DNA of 64,000 bases from Mayamaea pseudoterrestris (taxonomy: Eukaryota), in assembly GCA_027923505.1 (NCBI GenBank), contig BROI01000021.1, forward strand, positions 186,001 through 250,000, written 5' to 3'. Below the pieces are notes generated by a model that ran no database searches, had not been told where the DNA came from, and saw only the letters and a program-made list of their open reading frames with translations. Both the position numbers and the translations under genes were made by a program. The stretch's first letter is position 1; the number at the start of each line of letters is the position of its first letter. Shown one piece after another: positions 44,108 to 57,252 of this stretch.

Positions 44108-44553
44108 GGTTCATGGTATTTCTCTCATGGTTCATGTCTATGAAGTCGAAGACAAAGATCGGGAAAACAATCGCATCGGTTCTCACCTTCGCTTGACACG
44201 TCACTATTGATAGTAGAGGTTAAAATAAGGATTTGAATCTTGTAGCTGCCGCGTGACCATGGCCGACTGATTTTCAACGGCTCTCCACTCCTCAAATCAA
44301 GCAGCAGTTGACTGTCGTCGCTGCGTGCGGGTTGCAGTATCACATTCATTCGTTCGACGAGCATGACATCCGCTCGACTCTCGTATACGCCGCAGCCGCA
44401 TGAGCAGGTACGATATGGTAATAGGGATGGATGCGTGTGGTGAACCAGTGCATGTATATAGCAACGTCCGTTTCGCTTCCGCTGCTCTTCCGAATCCGTT
44501 CTGTATTTCCTGTTAATCCTTGTCTCTCAAATCTTCTCTTGTATTTTCTAATC

Positions 44554-47361
44554 ATGTTACGGCAGGCCTACTACGAAGGCTTGTTCCAGGCGGCTGACGT
44601 TCAGCGCGGCGGAGCCATTGGAGGTCCAGACGCAGTTCGCTTCTTTTCCAGTTCCAAGCTTTCCATTGACGCTCTCAAGAGCATTTGGACCGTTGCGGAT
44701 CAGCCTCCAACCAATTCTCTGGATAGATACAAATTTGCCGTGGCGGTCAGGTTGATTCAGCTGCTTCAGAACGGACAGCGTGGACAGGGAGAATTCCTAG
44801 CGGCTCCTCCTGGGGTCACGCTCCGTCCAGTCTTTTTTGAAGGCTTTTCGGGAGTCTCTGTTCCAATGCCGACGCCTGCGGGACCTCTCATGCAGCAGAG
44901 TCACCAGCAGCAGCAGCCGCAGCAGTCGGTGCAATCCATTTCGGATCATGCTAGCGTTCATTCGCAGCAGCAGCAAATGCAACGTTCATTGACGGTACAA
45001 GATCCATACACCATGACCCCGCAGGAACAGTCTCGCTATGAAGCACTTTTTCCGCAGTATGCGAAGCCGGATGGGTTTTGCTACGGAGCCGAAGCCGTTG
45101 CGCTCTTTACAAAGTCGGGGGTGCCGCAGGATCAGCTAGCAGCCCTCTGGAATATGGTTGATTCGCCAGTGGATAATCGATTGGACAAGCTGGAGTTTGC
45201 CATGGCCATGCACTTGATTGTTTGCGTCTCGAAGAAAAACTTGCCCATGCCTCCGGCGCTGCCAACGTCTTTGAAACTTTTGAAAGGTCAGCAAGGCCAG
45301 GGCCAGGGTCAGGGTCAGCCAGCGCCGTTGCTACAGCCGCAGCAAACTCAGCAGCCTCCACAGTCTCCCATGACAAACATGAGTACGACAGCTACAACAA
45401 ACATGCAGCCGCCTCCGCTACAAGCCAATGTTTCGAACATGACCGGAGTGTCAATTGGCGGTGGCAATTCCAGTCACATATCATCACCGCAATCGATGCG
45501 TAAAAGTCTCGGTGCTCCAGGTTTAAACAATCTACCAGGACCGCCTCCATTGCAGCCGCAAGGTGGAATGTCCATTTCAGATGCCTTTGAAGGACTCGAT
45601 GCCGCTGGTGGCGCTAGTGGTGGCGGCGGTGGAGGTGGAGCGAGCGTGACAAGCTTTGGCGGTGGCGGATTGGACGAGCACTCCTACCACCAATTTTCGC
45701 AGCCGCCTGTGGCAGGTAGTTCATCGTTTGACATGGGTCCATCGGCAAGCGTTGCACGCGTTTCGTCGCCTGTCGTTAAAACTGATTCGCGTCGACCCAA
45801 GACGTCGGAACAATTGAAGCATTCCTACAATTTAGAATCAAGCAGCGAGGAACTCACCAAGCTTAAGGAGATTTTACAGAAGCTTCAGGCGGAGAATATT
45901 TCGCTCAAAGCTTCCATGGGTCACTTAAACGAAGAAGAGAAGGATATTCAGCGAGAGCTTGGTGCCGTGGTGTCTGAGATTTCCAAGCTGTCAAATGAAT
46001 TGACGACGTTGCGCGCCAAGGTGTTGGCCAGCAAATCCAAGCTTATAGAGGCGGCCGCGGAGCTTAGTGCGGCCAAGGAAAAGAAGAGGTGAGTGTATTT
46101 TCGTCTTTGCACTAAATAAATGAGCTAGTCCTTGCTCACTCCTGTTGTCTACTCACATTGACTCAGCGTCATCCAAGACTTGATTGGTGAAGCGAAGTCG
46201 ACCAAGGTGGCTATTGACGAAGCTTATGACGGTATCGAGAGAGCAACGGCGGCACTTCAAGCTCCAGCCATGACCACAGCACCGTCGTTTGATCATGACT
46301 TGTTCGGAATCGGTAGCGGCGGCGATGTAACCTTAGGCTCTGCTCCTGTTCCTGCAGCGGCGCAACGAGAGTCGTTCACTTCGCCTGTCGTCGATACTGT
46401 CGGATCGTTTGCGAGTCAAGAGTCGCAGCCTCGTCAAGTGGAGCAGCAATATTCTTACCAGAGTCATTACAGCGAGCAACTAGCACCTGAATCAACATCT
46501 GTTTACCAACAGCAATACACAATGCCATTGAACAATTTTGGCCACCAGGGAGTTGCAGACAATGGCAACTATGGCAAAGGCGGCCCGACGCATCGAAAGA
46601 ATCAGTCGACAGGGTCTTTTGGCAATATCATGGGTGGCGACGTTGGAGCGCTCCCTTCCGAAAACACTACGTTGTCATTGTACGCTGTGCCAGAAACAAA
46701 TGCCGCGGAATCGTCACCATCTATGGACGATGTTGGAGCTCTCAAGAAGAAGCTTAAAGAAGCCGAAGATGTTGCGCGAGAGGCTGAGGACTCCAGACGG
46801 GCGGTCGCGGCTGAGCTGGATGAAATTCGGCGCGTGGCTGATGAGGCGGACCAAAAAGCTCGTCAGTTTCAAGTAGACTTGGACAAGCAAGCAACGAAAA
46901 AGAAGGGGTTGCTTGGAGGGCGCGGCAAGAAGAAGGAAGCAAAAGAGGGAGAGCAACTTTCGGCTGATTCAAACCAGAAAAAAACCAAAGTATTGCAGAT
47001 TCAAGCGCAGCTGAAGGATGCTGAGGCGTTGGCTAGTGACACAAGAAAGGAGGTGGAGCGCTTGAGAAGGGAGGTGGAAGACAGCGAGGTCCAAGTTGCG
47101 TCTGCGGCATCCATGCAGCATCAACAATCTTTGTCAGCTCCAAGCTACGGTGCGCCTTTGAACGATTATGGCGGAGCATCGCCAACGACCATGAGTGCGG
47201 CGCCATCGTGGTTTCCACAAACCAACCAATCGGCGCCAGTGACAAATGGCGACGGTAGCATGGGTGGCTTCGAATCTCATGTCATGGGTGGCGGTGGTGG
47301 CTACGATATTCCTGAACCAGTTACCGGCGACGCGGACCCGTACGGGAATCCATTTGAGTAG
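44554..47361 (+). CDS. EH-domain endocytic adaptor (Eps15/Ede1-like); intron 46089-46166
   Basis: Two EH domains (LKSIWTVAD; LFTKSGVP..QLAALWNMVD...LDKLEFAMAMHLI), coiled coils and a C-terminal NPF. GTGAGT...TCAG intron joins the two ORFs in frame. Confidence 0.88.
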
Positions 47362-47406
47362 TTTCTGTATGTATCAGTTGCTTTGATTAACGACTGCTTT
47401 TATATT

Positions 47407-48462
47407 CTACTCTTCAAGCGAATCCTGCACCATGCGCATAAAGTAGTCGTGCCATCGATAATCGTTTGTGAGCTCGGGATGGAAGGCGGTGCAAAGCAAA
47501 TTGTCTCGCCGAACTGCACAAATTACGTCTCGCGCATCCGTTGTCGACGACGCCCCAGGCAAAACAATAACAGAAGCATCACTCGGCACTCTCGACTTCC
47601 GCTCGCAAGCTTGCTTTGTGTCATCGTCTCCAACGGCAACGCTCATTTGCACGACGTTTTCTCCTGCAGCAATTTTGCGTTCCAGCTCGTTCAAAACGGA
47701 AGCAGCTTGGCGACAGGGCGTCGCGGTCACCCTTCCAAGCACGTCGACGTCTGGCCCAACACTTAAAATGGCAGGCGCTCGTATAAAGACTCCAGGAAAC
47801 GGCTTGTCATCCTTGTTGCATCCGGGTGGTACAGGCGTTGGCATTTCAAAGCTACTAATCTGAGATCCAAAATAGTTGCGGCAAACAAGTATATCCACGC
47901 CTCCAATCAAGGCTTGTCCATTTTCAATGACAGCTGACGCTCCAACGCACTTTTCAGCAAGAAGAATCATGCCGGCGCAAGTGCCCCACGTTGGTTTCGA
48001 GTGGCAAAAATCTTGAAGGCACATCCACATGGTCTTGTTCGTGTCTTTGCAACGCATGTTGGTTCCAATCAAGCTAATGGCCGTCGACTCTCCGCCCGGC
48101 AAGACTAGTCCATCGATTCCCTGCAAATCTTGCGGAGTTCGAACCTGGAATGATAATGAAAGCGATATATTGTGTGAGATGTTGGTCAATTCACTGGTTA
48201 TTTTCACGGAACAATTACAATCGGGTGCAGAAGGAGCCTCGACACGTAGGATAATCCGATCTACCGCAGGCAATCTTGCAAATCGTCATATATAGTTTCT
48301 TCTATAGAGCGCGCTAAAATATTCTTCTATGACTCGACGAAAAGCAAAGCATGCGTAAAGGAGACGTACCTGGACGGTTCGACATCCAACTTGCTCGAGA
48401 CATTTTTGATGCTCCTCAAACGCTCCTTGCAACGCCAAGACGCCAATCACAGGACCCTGCAT
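47407..48462 (-). CDS. PDX2: Pyridoxal 5'-phosphate synthase glutaminase subunit; exons 48462-48370 and 48144-47407
   Basis: Exon 1 MQGPVIGVLALQGAFEEH; exon 2 LPGGEST, WGTCAGMILL, RNYFGSQ, FIRAP, FHPELT; intron GTACGT...CCAG (48369-48145). Confidence 0.95.
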
Positions 48463-48912
48463 GACAAGATACTAGTTTCGATTTATCACTGGAAAAGTAC
48501 TGGGTGCTGCTTGACTTTTAAGCTACTGCTCTTCATCTCTCAGGGTCGGTCGGTGATTGCGGCTTTTGTTGTGGAGGATGAAAACCGTCCGTCCCTCGAG
48601 TTGAGTACCAGTACGATCCATGGTTCAACTGTTCCTTCCATACTGACAGAGAGGCTTAAGTATTTGTCACACAGACATAGGGGCACTATAACAAAGATAT
48701 ATCAATGACTAGCATTTGGAAGCTGGTTGTACTCTTGAGATGATACATAGTATTTGGCCTTGTTAAGCCCCTTCCGTGCTCTCACTGTCACTCGTCGGGG
48801 TGCCGCATGACGACCATGGCATGCTTGCCCGTCAGAGTCCACAGTCGACACAACGACACGTACAGGTATATATATTGAGGAGGCTACTGATTGGACTTGA
48901 CTAGTCAAAGTC

Positions 48913-49479
48913 ATGCCAAGAATCTTCATTGTTCGAGAGATATCCAGGACTACCGGTAGTAATGCTAACCTGACGTCATCTCTTCGAGGTGCATTCGCCG
49001 TTTCGGTAGGCTTGCCGATCGTTTTCGGCATCACCGACAGGTTTCACATCAATACGTCGACCATTCGCCTCTTCCTTGCAACCATTACCATTTTTTCAAT
49101 GGTTTCGTTGCTACCGAGATACTTGACATGGTCTTCAACGAGAGAAGCGAGCGTTACAATCTATCCCTTCGGCATTCAACTCATCGGCGCATCCGCCAGC
49201 AAGATTCCTACGCTCCTGCTTCACGAACAAGTCAAAGACGTCATTGTCAATGAAGTCATCCTGGCGCACAAAATCATTAATGTTATCTTGTTCCGAATTA
49301 ATGATGAGAATGGGATGATTAGACTCGTACAAGCTTTTCCTGGAATGGAAATGGAGTACATTGACTGCCTTGGAATACGCAACGACATTACAGAGGCGCT
49401 CCTTCCACTAGCGACTGCTACAGACAAGAAGAACTTTCTCTATCAAACGGCAGCTTTAACAGATACCCAGCATCTCTAA
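48913..49479 (+). CDS. PIG-H-like GPI-GlcNAc transferase subunit
   Basis: Two hydrophobic helices, then EASVTIYPFGIQL and VKDVIVNE...LVQAF, resembling the PIG-H domain. Confidence 0.55.
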   Translation: MPRIFIVREISRTTGSNANLTSSLRGAFAVSVGLPIVFGITDRFHINTSTIRLFLATITIFSMVSLLPRYLTWSSTREASVTIYPFGIQLIGASASKIPTLLLHEQVKDVIVNEVILAHKIINVILFRINDENGMIRLVQAFPGMEMEYIDCLGIRNDITEALLPLATATDKKNFLYQTAALTDTQHL

Positions 49480-49486
49480 AGACCCA

Positions 49487-52400
49487 TCAATTAGCATTTG
49501 GCTTGTCACTCAGGAGGTTCCAATACTCGCGCGCTTGGTGCTCAATCTTGGCCCAGAATCCTTGCTTGTCAATCAAGTCCTTTTGAACAACGTCGCCCAC
49601 GTCTTGGAGCTGCGTGCCGAGTCGAACCATTTGATGCTGGTACTGCGCAGTCGATAAGCGACCCATGGCGCCGCCAACGACGCGATCCATTTTAAGAACG
49701 TTTTGATCAACTAGCATGCCCAAAATGTCTTGGAAACTCTCGGGCGAAAGCATTTGCAATTCGTCGGGAAAGTCGGTCAAGCATGCCGTCACACACTCGC
49801 GCAAGTCATGGACCTTGGCAAGCTGTACACTTTTGCGCGCCAATGTTACCATGACACACAAAACAATCTTGCCGAACAGGGGAATGCCTCGAATGCGCTC
49901 TGCCAAACTGTCTTGAGCCAATTGGGAAGACTTTATGTGATCCTTGAGTGTCACTAGTGGCTTGGTCATGGTTGCAATGGCCCCGTATTCGACGGAAGAA
50001 AGAGTTTGGAGGCGATACTTGACCGCGTCGGCCACCATGTCTAGAGCGGCGCGAACATCCCCACTGGCCTTGGCGACCTTGTTCGTCATTAGTCTCAAGG
50101 CCGCCTCCTCAATCACCTTGGTGCCGACACGGCGCTCGATTATATACTGAAGCTCCGGCGCCGTGTATCGACAGAATTCTATTGTGCGTTGAAACTGTGC
50201 GAAACAAACAGATAGAGCGTCAGTGGAGGGCTTGGAAAACGCAGGAGTAACTTTTTGTGTAGATGAAGATGTGTAATCATAACATGTCAATCATACCTTG
50301 CCAATTTTGTTAAGTCGTTCGTACTTGTCGCTGCCAATTGTATTGGAGATCCCAATCATGACAAGAGGGTAGTTTTCGTCGGCTGCGCAGCCAAAAACCT
50401 TGGAGAGTGCTAATTCCGCCTTGGAATATCTCTCGAGCTTGGAATCGGACACCAATGTATCGATTTCGTCCAGCACGAGAACCACAAACTGCTTGGAGTT
50501 TCGAGACAAAATTTGCTTCAAGCTGGCTGGTGACGACTTGAACGAATGTGATCCTGCGCTTGACGCCAGTTCGCCAAAAAGACTTGACATGGGGTCGGTG
50601 CTAGCCCTCACGCTCACAGCATTAACATAGCAAAGCAAGGGAGAGCGGCAGTCGTCATCGACTGGAACCGCTTGAATCACCTTTTCGCAAACAAATTTAA
50701 CGCCCGATGTCTTTCCTATGGCCGTGGAGTAGTGAAAAGGTGAATGATGCGAGGTCATTATACGTAAATCATGCACTCAAACGCCGAGTAAAATTACACT
50801 CACCAATGCCAGGTCCGCCGCAGACGTAAATGCTAGCGCCGTCGTTCTCCTTTCCTCCGTTGGCACCTTCTGAGTCGATGGCGCCGCGGATAAATTGTTC
50901 AAGTACAAGTAGATTGTTCGCCAAATGTGGCATGGCGGACTGATCAACGACAGGCGATGATGCTTGGTACGACGTCTTCAAGACCTCGAGGCAAGCCTCC
51001 AGCTTTTCTCCATTCAGCCTTTTCTGGTCAGGGAGGTAAAGAACTTCACTTGCAGCGGTCAATATGGACGTCGCTCTGTAAGCTTTTGCAACAATGGGTG
51101 ACGTCGGAATTGTTGAGAAGGGAGGTGCAAGAAGATTTGGTCGTGAATCACATTCAGAGATTATTTTCGTTTTGCCGCAACTTGCTGTTGCTTTTCTCAT
51201 TGAGCTATCTGCAGGTGTCTTTTTGGCACGCTTCACTGTCGACGACTTGCTGGATGAAGTCACTACGGACTCTGCCACGGGCGTCGTGACAGATCTCTTT
51301 TTATTGGTCGTTGCAACTCTGCGGCTACTAGCTCTGCCGTTAGTCGTTTTGTTTACTGGAGGAGGCGTGCGCACAATGGATTCTGGAACTGTTGTCTTTC
51401 CGGATTGGTTTCTGAGAGTTGACCAAGGCTCGTCATGTGACAGAGCGACTTGATTCTTTTCGGCCGCGCTAGCTTTCTTCGTTGTCGACGTTGCGCTGTT
51501 TTTACCAGCTGCCTTTGCGACTGGCGCAGACGTTTGTTGGATCGTTAGCGTAGCATCTGCCTTTCTGGGTCGTCCCCTGCGCTTGGGCAAAGGCGCCGCT
51601 TCAACCGCCGATGAAGCTTCAAACTGCTTAACACTGCGCGCTTTCGCCTCTTTTGCCAAAGTACTGCTTGCAACCTTTTTCGAAGGGTAACTTGTAGTCC
51701 TAGCAGGCGTACGCAAGTCGATTCGTGGCAGCGTTACCTTGTTTGACCGACTTCTCGTGGCCTTGATTGGACCTACCTTTGTCTCGATATTCGTCACTTT
51801 CTTGCTCCGACGCGATGAGCGCTCCGACGACACCTTTGGAGGACTCGCCGTGACAATAGTATTTCCACATCCTGGCGATGAGAGGGCGTAGCAGCTTCCC
51901 TCCATTTCCGAAACGTCGTCATCATTGTCGGCATGTACATTGTTGTTCTTTCTGCTGCTGCTGGTGCATCCCTTATAAGCCTTGGCCGACTCAATCATGG
52001 CAGGAACAGAAGGCGCAGAAGTGTGCGCTGTCGCTGGTTTCGTATTTAGACTTGGTTGGAGCAGCGATGCCGTTTGCGTGTTGCTTGTCGTGGTTGTCGC
52101 CGCATCTGCAGATTGCTTTTTAACTGCAGCACCCGTCGCTCCATGCGTGGTAGAATTCGCAGCAGCAGCAGCAAGTTCAGTAGTTCCTGCCGTTGCTGCA
52201 GCGACTGATTCTGTTGTTGCCGTATGCTTTCCTCGTACATCACTTTCAGCAGTGGCTGCGTCAAGCGATCGAGACGCAAAGGTTTCAATGACGCCTTTCA
52301 ACTCCTTCAGGCCTAATTTCCAATACCCATTAGCCTGGCATTCATACTGACGCACTATATCTAGATGCTGCATCAATGGAAGAAATGTTCCTTCGAACTT

Positions 52401-52733
52401 GAATACCGTCAAGTCAGATCCCAATCCAAGCAGCAAGTAGACTTTGGTAGGACGAGATAACTCGCTTGGCTTGCTTCCCCAATCGATAACTTGAACCGCA
52501 TTGGCGCAATCAAAGTCCTCCAAGAGTTCGTTCTTGCGCTCGAGAGGAAATTGATCTGCTCCTATGGTCGACTTGACAATGTCCATATCGTACTCAAGCT
52601 CGATGCAGGGCCAAGGCCATGGCCATAGTTCAGGTGCTCTTTCGCCTAGATCCAAGAATCCAGTTTGCTTCATGGCGAAATCTTTCCATCTATTCTTTCC
52701 TGTTAGCGACATGATTCCATCCACCTTGGTCAT
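49487..52733 (-). CDS. CDC6: Cdc6/ORC1-family AAA+ replication initiator; exons 52733-50804, 50715-50297, 50194-49487
   Basis: Walker A GGPGIG|KT rebuilt across intron 50803-50716; Walker B LVLDEID; sensor 1 IGISN; YTAPEL; SGDVRAALD. Second intron 50296-50195. Confidence 0.8.
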
Positions 52734-53269
52734 TTAATAGCCTTTCGCTTTCACACGGTTTTAATTGATGTAAGGGGTGCTGGGTGCTCCATTGACTGCA
52801 ATGCCGATTATGTTGTGAGGCGATGGCCAAGCAACGTCGTCATTGTCACGCTCACGGATTCATGGATGCCAATGAGGAGCTCGACTGGCGCGCTGGAGCG
52901 CCGGTCGACTCATCTGTGACTCACAATGTGAGTACATGTTCCAAACGAAACGTCAGCGAGATTTAGCTACCGTATTGATACCGATATCAGAGGAATAACA
53001 AGTAGCAGTATTTTATCATACAAGTACACCTACGAGAATATTGAGAGTAAATGTCGTATATGCAGTGGCTCTAACAGCTATTCAAAATTGAAAATGACCA
53101 CGTTGTATACGCTCATTTTCTCTCGATCATGGCGTGTCGCCCTAACCTCTGCATCGTCCGTGGTATCTTGATGCATCTCCTTGTCACTAATCTGCAATGC
53201 AACATATACCGAGCCATGATTGTATGGTATCATAGTACGCGAATAGAAGCCAATTTTCACTTGCAGTCG

Positions 53270-54226
53270 CTACGCAACCAAGCAGCCTAGAATCGTGACT
53301 GGAAAGGCAAATGGCCCAAGGACACTTCGCACCATTTTAAACGTACGTTTGCTAGTTGACACAATCACTCCAAAGCTCCTTTTTACTCCACTCGAGACTC
53401 GCCTGTATTGTCTCCGGCGGCTAGCTTTCAGCTCTGCGTCATACACAGCGCGCTGCTTTTCATCCAAAAGTATTGACGCACATTCCTCCAATGCAATAAA
53501 GGCTTCGTTGGCCCGACCATCGCGATTACGGTCAGGATGCACCAGTCGACTCCTGTTGCGGTAAGCCTTCTTAATTGCCTTTTCAGACTTGTGAAACCAT
53601 TTCATGGCAGGTATGGTCACGTGGAACACACCAAGGTTGATTCGTCGAGATGGTATTTGTAACTCCAAGTAGCGCAAGCCCAGCACGCCGTACAAGTCGT
53701 TGCGTTCGTGCCCTTTTAAAACGTTATTAACTATGGATGCATCCTTCTTCTTTTGAGCTTTAGCCCTTTTCTGCTGCTCCTGATTCATCTTTGCGAAATC
53801 CTTTTGGAAAAGTGCTTCTCGTTCCATTCGTATTCTTTCCGTTTGAGCCATGCGAAGATCATTTTCCGCCTGCGCCTTTCTTTCTTGTTCTCGCAAAACA
53901 TCCTCATCGCGTTGAAAAGGATCATTGTAGTCGCCGTAATGCATACGCTCCTCTTCAAGTATCTCGTTGACAAAGTCGTCACCATCGAATTGCTGAGCCG
54001 ATATACAACATAACGTCGACGAAAGAACACGAATGGTGGATATGAGTAGGCTGAGCAGCGCAAAACTTCTGTTTCGACCATGAAAGCGATGGTATCTTGA
54101 TTGATTCATCAGACTGCTTTCGTTTATTATGTATGGTCGCGTCGGTGATGGATGAACGAAACGACGGAGCGAAGAGCAATTTTGACAGTGGTTGCACTCA
54201 TTACTGGTGCGACATGATGCGGTCAC
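53270..54226 (-). CDS. J-domain (DnaJ) protein with hydrophobic N- and C-terminal segments; start uncertain
   Basis: DLYGVLGL...IKKAYRNRSRLVHPDRN...ANEAF. Confidence 0.75.
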   Translation of the reverse strand: MTASCRTSNECNHCQNCSSLRRFVHPSPTRPYIINESSLMNQSRYHRFHGRNRSFALLSLLISTIRVLSSTLCCISAQQFDGDDFVNEILEEERMHYGDYNDPFQRDEDVLREQERKAQAENDLRMAQTERIRMEREALFQKDFAKMNQEQQKRAKAQKKKDASIVNNVLKGHERNDLYGVLGLRYLELQIPSRRINLGVFHVTIPAMKWFHKSEKAIKKAYRNRSRLVHPDRNRDGRANEAFIALEECASILLDEKQRAVYDAELKASRRRQYRRVSSGVKRSFGVIVSTSKRTFKMVRSVLGPFAFPVTILGCLVA

Positions 54227-54716
54227 GAAAGGACAAAACGATGACTAATAACAGTGAGTCTGTGCTAATGTTGCTATGCCAGCATGCCAACTAGCCAGGA
54301 GTCTTCTTAATGCGGAGACGAAAGCATTGAAAAGGTCAAGTTGAGTCTCACAAGTGCGGTGTAATTGCAAACCCACGGCGTGCCTCAGTCGCCCTCCATG
54401 TGGCTTCAACAATCGGCTCTGCGCCGATGAAGATATGGCATTTCATGTATTGCGTGCGCCGAAGCAGAGCTATAGTAACATACGTTGGGTCAACGCATCA
54501 GTACGACATCTCATTGGCGTGGCTCGCTGATTAAAATTGTAAAATTGTTAACTACGCACCCCCTGCCGAAAAGATTGCATTTGCTTAGCCAGCAAGCTCC
54601 AAATAATAGGCACGTCTCGACGAAAAGATGAAGACTGACACCAATGAGCTGCTTGAAAGCATTCAATCACTCAATTCATTGTAACAGCTAGCTTAAATTC
54701 AACACGGGGTTCGCCA

Positions 54717-55445
54717 TCAAGCGTAGCAATTCCGAGACATTGCCTTGGTTCGACTCGCATCCCTGTAGCACAATGTCATGATAATGTTGGTTCTCTTGCC
54801 GGAAAAGAGCGGAGTCGTCTCATGCAAATGATCGCCCCAATGTATGGTCGCCATTCCTTGTTCCTGCTTAACGAGAAAGGTGTGCGGCAATGGTTTCTCG
54901 TCAATGTCGGATGCTGGGAGGGCAGCGAGATCCTTGCCATCTGTAACCACAAGACTTTTGGTTCCATAGAAGAGTACATTTGAGCCAGTTGTATCTGGCG
55001 TCCGTTCCAAACAAATGTTAATTGTAATGTCACTCGGATCAGTGTGTCTGGCTCCCGACGTGTCCGCTTGTTTCGAATGATACTGAATCAAAAAGGCATC
55101 GTCCAAACGCAACTCTCCCATGGATTTGACGCTAAAGTACTTGACAATTGCTTGCGATATTGTCGAATCCTTCAATATGGCATCAAACGGAAAGTCTTCT
55201 TCATCAAAAATGTTACGATAAAAGGCATACTGCTCGTCAGCTTGAGCCGAGTAGATTTCCGGAGTGACTCTTGAGAGGGTATGCGCCCACTCCTGCCACT
55301 GCTCGCTGCTGACTTTATCCGTCAAAAGCTTGACGCGACATACTCCACACTTCAACAGCAACTCTGGGTCTTCGACTAGTTGAATGGTCGAATCAGTCGT
55401 CTCCTGCATTCTGTTGCAAATCGAGATCGGAACCGTAGTCTTCAT
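54717..55445 (-). CDS. 2-oxoglutarate/Fe(II)-dependent oxygenase
   Basis: HxD (HTD) + ITINICL, distal His (HLHETTP) and GKR 2OG-binding Arg. Confidence 0.8.
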   Translation of the reverse strand: MKTTVPISICNRMQETTDSTIQLVEDPELLLKCGVCRVKLLTDKVSSEQWQEWAHTLSRVTPEIYSAQADEQYAFYRNIFDEEDFPFDAILKDSTISQAIVKYFSVKSMGELRLDDAFLIQYHSKQADTSGARHTDPSDITINICLERTPDTTGSNVLFYGTKSLVVTDGKDLAALPASDIDEKPLPHTFLVKQEQGMATIHWGDHLHETTPLFSGKRTNIIMTLCYRDASRTKAMSRNCYA

Positions 55446-57252
55446 GGTCGACTGGTCGACGTTTCGACATCATTCACATCACACGCAGTGGCGCGCCATG
55501 ACGTCACTTGAGTCGTGGTACGACTGAATGACGTTTCAGATGCCACGGAACAAATCCAACTCATTTTCTAGTATAGAAGACATGCGAGGGACCGACGAGG
55601 GACCACACCGGTACGACACCAAACCGTCTTTGCGGTATTGACCGAAGCGAGAACGAAAGATGCGCGTCCCGACGCGAGAGAAAAGTGACAAGTACTTTGG
55701 ACGTAAATATAGTGTTAACTATTACTCTTACTGGCCATAAAAGCATTAAATAGTCCACTTGAACTCTTGTAGGTTGCTAAACTGGGAATATATGATCCCA
55801 ATAGAATTCTTCAATGACTTGAAAGGAACCTTGCTATTCGCATCCGTTTGCTTTGCAGCTTGCCACTTTGTGTCAGCCAATGCGCGCAAGGTAGTGTGCT
55901 CAATTCTAGAGGTGCACACTTGCACTCACTTTGAAACTCCCTCGCAAAGCTTGCAATCTTTTAATTGTTCACGCCAATGTCACTGGCACATTGGTGAAGT
56001 GGCCTCCAATTGACTGACAGTGAGGCTGAAATCTGCCACCGTCAATTCGACGCCTGCCGGGCCTCGGAAAACCTCCAAACCAAAACCGGTGAATCAAGTA
56101 ATCCAGCGGGTGGTATAGCCCGCAATGGCAAGGTACCGCTGGGCGCAGACAATGGCCCTGAATGCACCGTGTGGGCCTTAAATCAGAGCAGCGACAAGGA
56201 TGGGAATGTTCTCGGAGGGCATGTCGGTCAATCCAATCAAGTACTTAAAGGAGGATCAGCAGTCAGAGTGAGTTTGATGCACCATTCAAAGAATCATCAT
56301 TTGTCTCAATGTAACGGGCAAGGAAGGAGGCCGTAGGGAGAATGACTCTGACAACTGGAAGGACTGCGGCGCTGCGGCAGGCGTGTCTGCTCCATGACGG
56401 CGGCCATGGTGAATTGCACTCACATTTATTTCCTTGTCAATAGCAGCATTGGAGGCGGCTTTTTAAAGATTTAAAGAACAAATGACAATGTTAGCAACAA
56501 CAAGATGGGGCTGCTTGGAGGAGCTTGCCGTTTTTGCGTGTTGGTTTTGACGAACGTTTGATGCTGCTGCTGCGAGTTGATTTTGGCACATTGACACAAC
56601 TCTCCTTGATTAAAGTTGTAACTTGTTGTCATTATGTATGATCAAATGAAACTGCCTTTGTCTGTCGCTTCTCCATGGTTCGACTGCATGTCTGTGATGT
56701 TCGACGTTCGACTACCGCTGGCCGCTGCGGGCGTCGATGCTGAGGCGCGCCATTCATGTTATTTGCTGCGCTGAGGTGCGTCACACTATGTATTGCCATG
56801 GAGGTGCGTAGGTTGTTGTCGCCGTTTTCTATTCTCCTTTTGCTTGTTGTGTTTGTTGTCGAACGTTCGATGCTGTTGCTGATGCTGGTTTCCTGTTTGC
56901 TGGTTGATTTCGGCACATGACACGATTTGTGTGGATGGCTGTTCATGCACGCACGTCGCACCATCTCCCGAGTCAGCGGGCGCCCGCTCGCGCGCTTCGA
57001 GGGACCTGCGGTCCCCCGGGGGACCGTTCCGGTCCCTCCCAAAAAAATTTTCAACGCACCAACTTGCCGCCATCGCGCTCATTCTTTCTCTTTCAACGGC
57101 TCCGGTAGTCAAACAGTCCCTACACTCTGCAATGCAGCTTTCATGTTGTTGCCGTTTTCAGTCGATTACGTACGGATGTGAGGTGCCGAACGCTCCTGAA
57201 GCGCTAGCACATACATTTAGAATTCAGATTGTCAAGCAAGTTACTCTCGACC

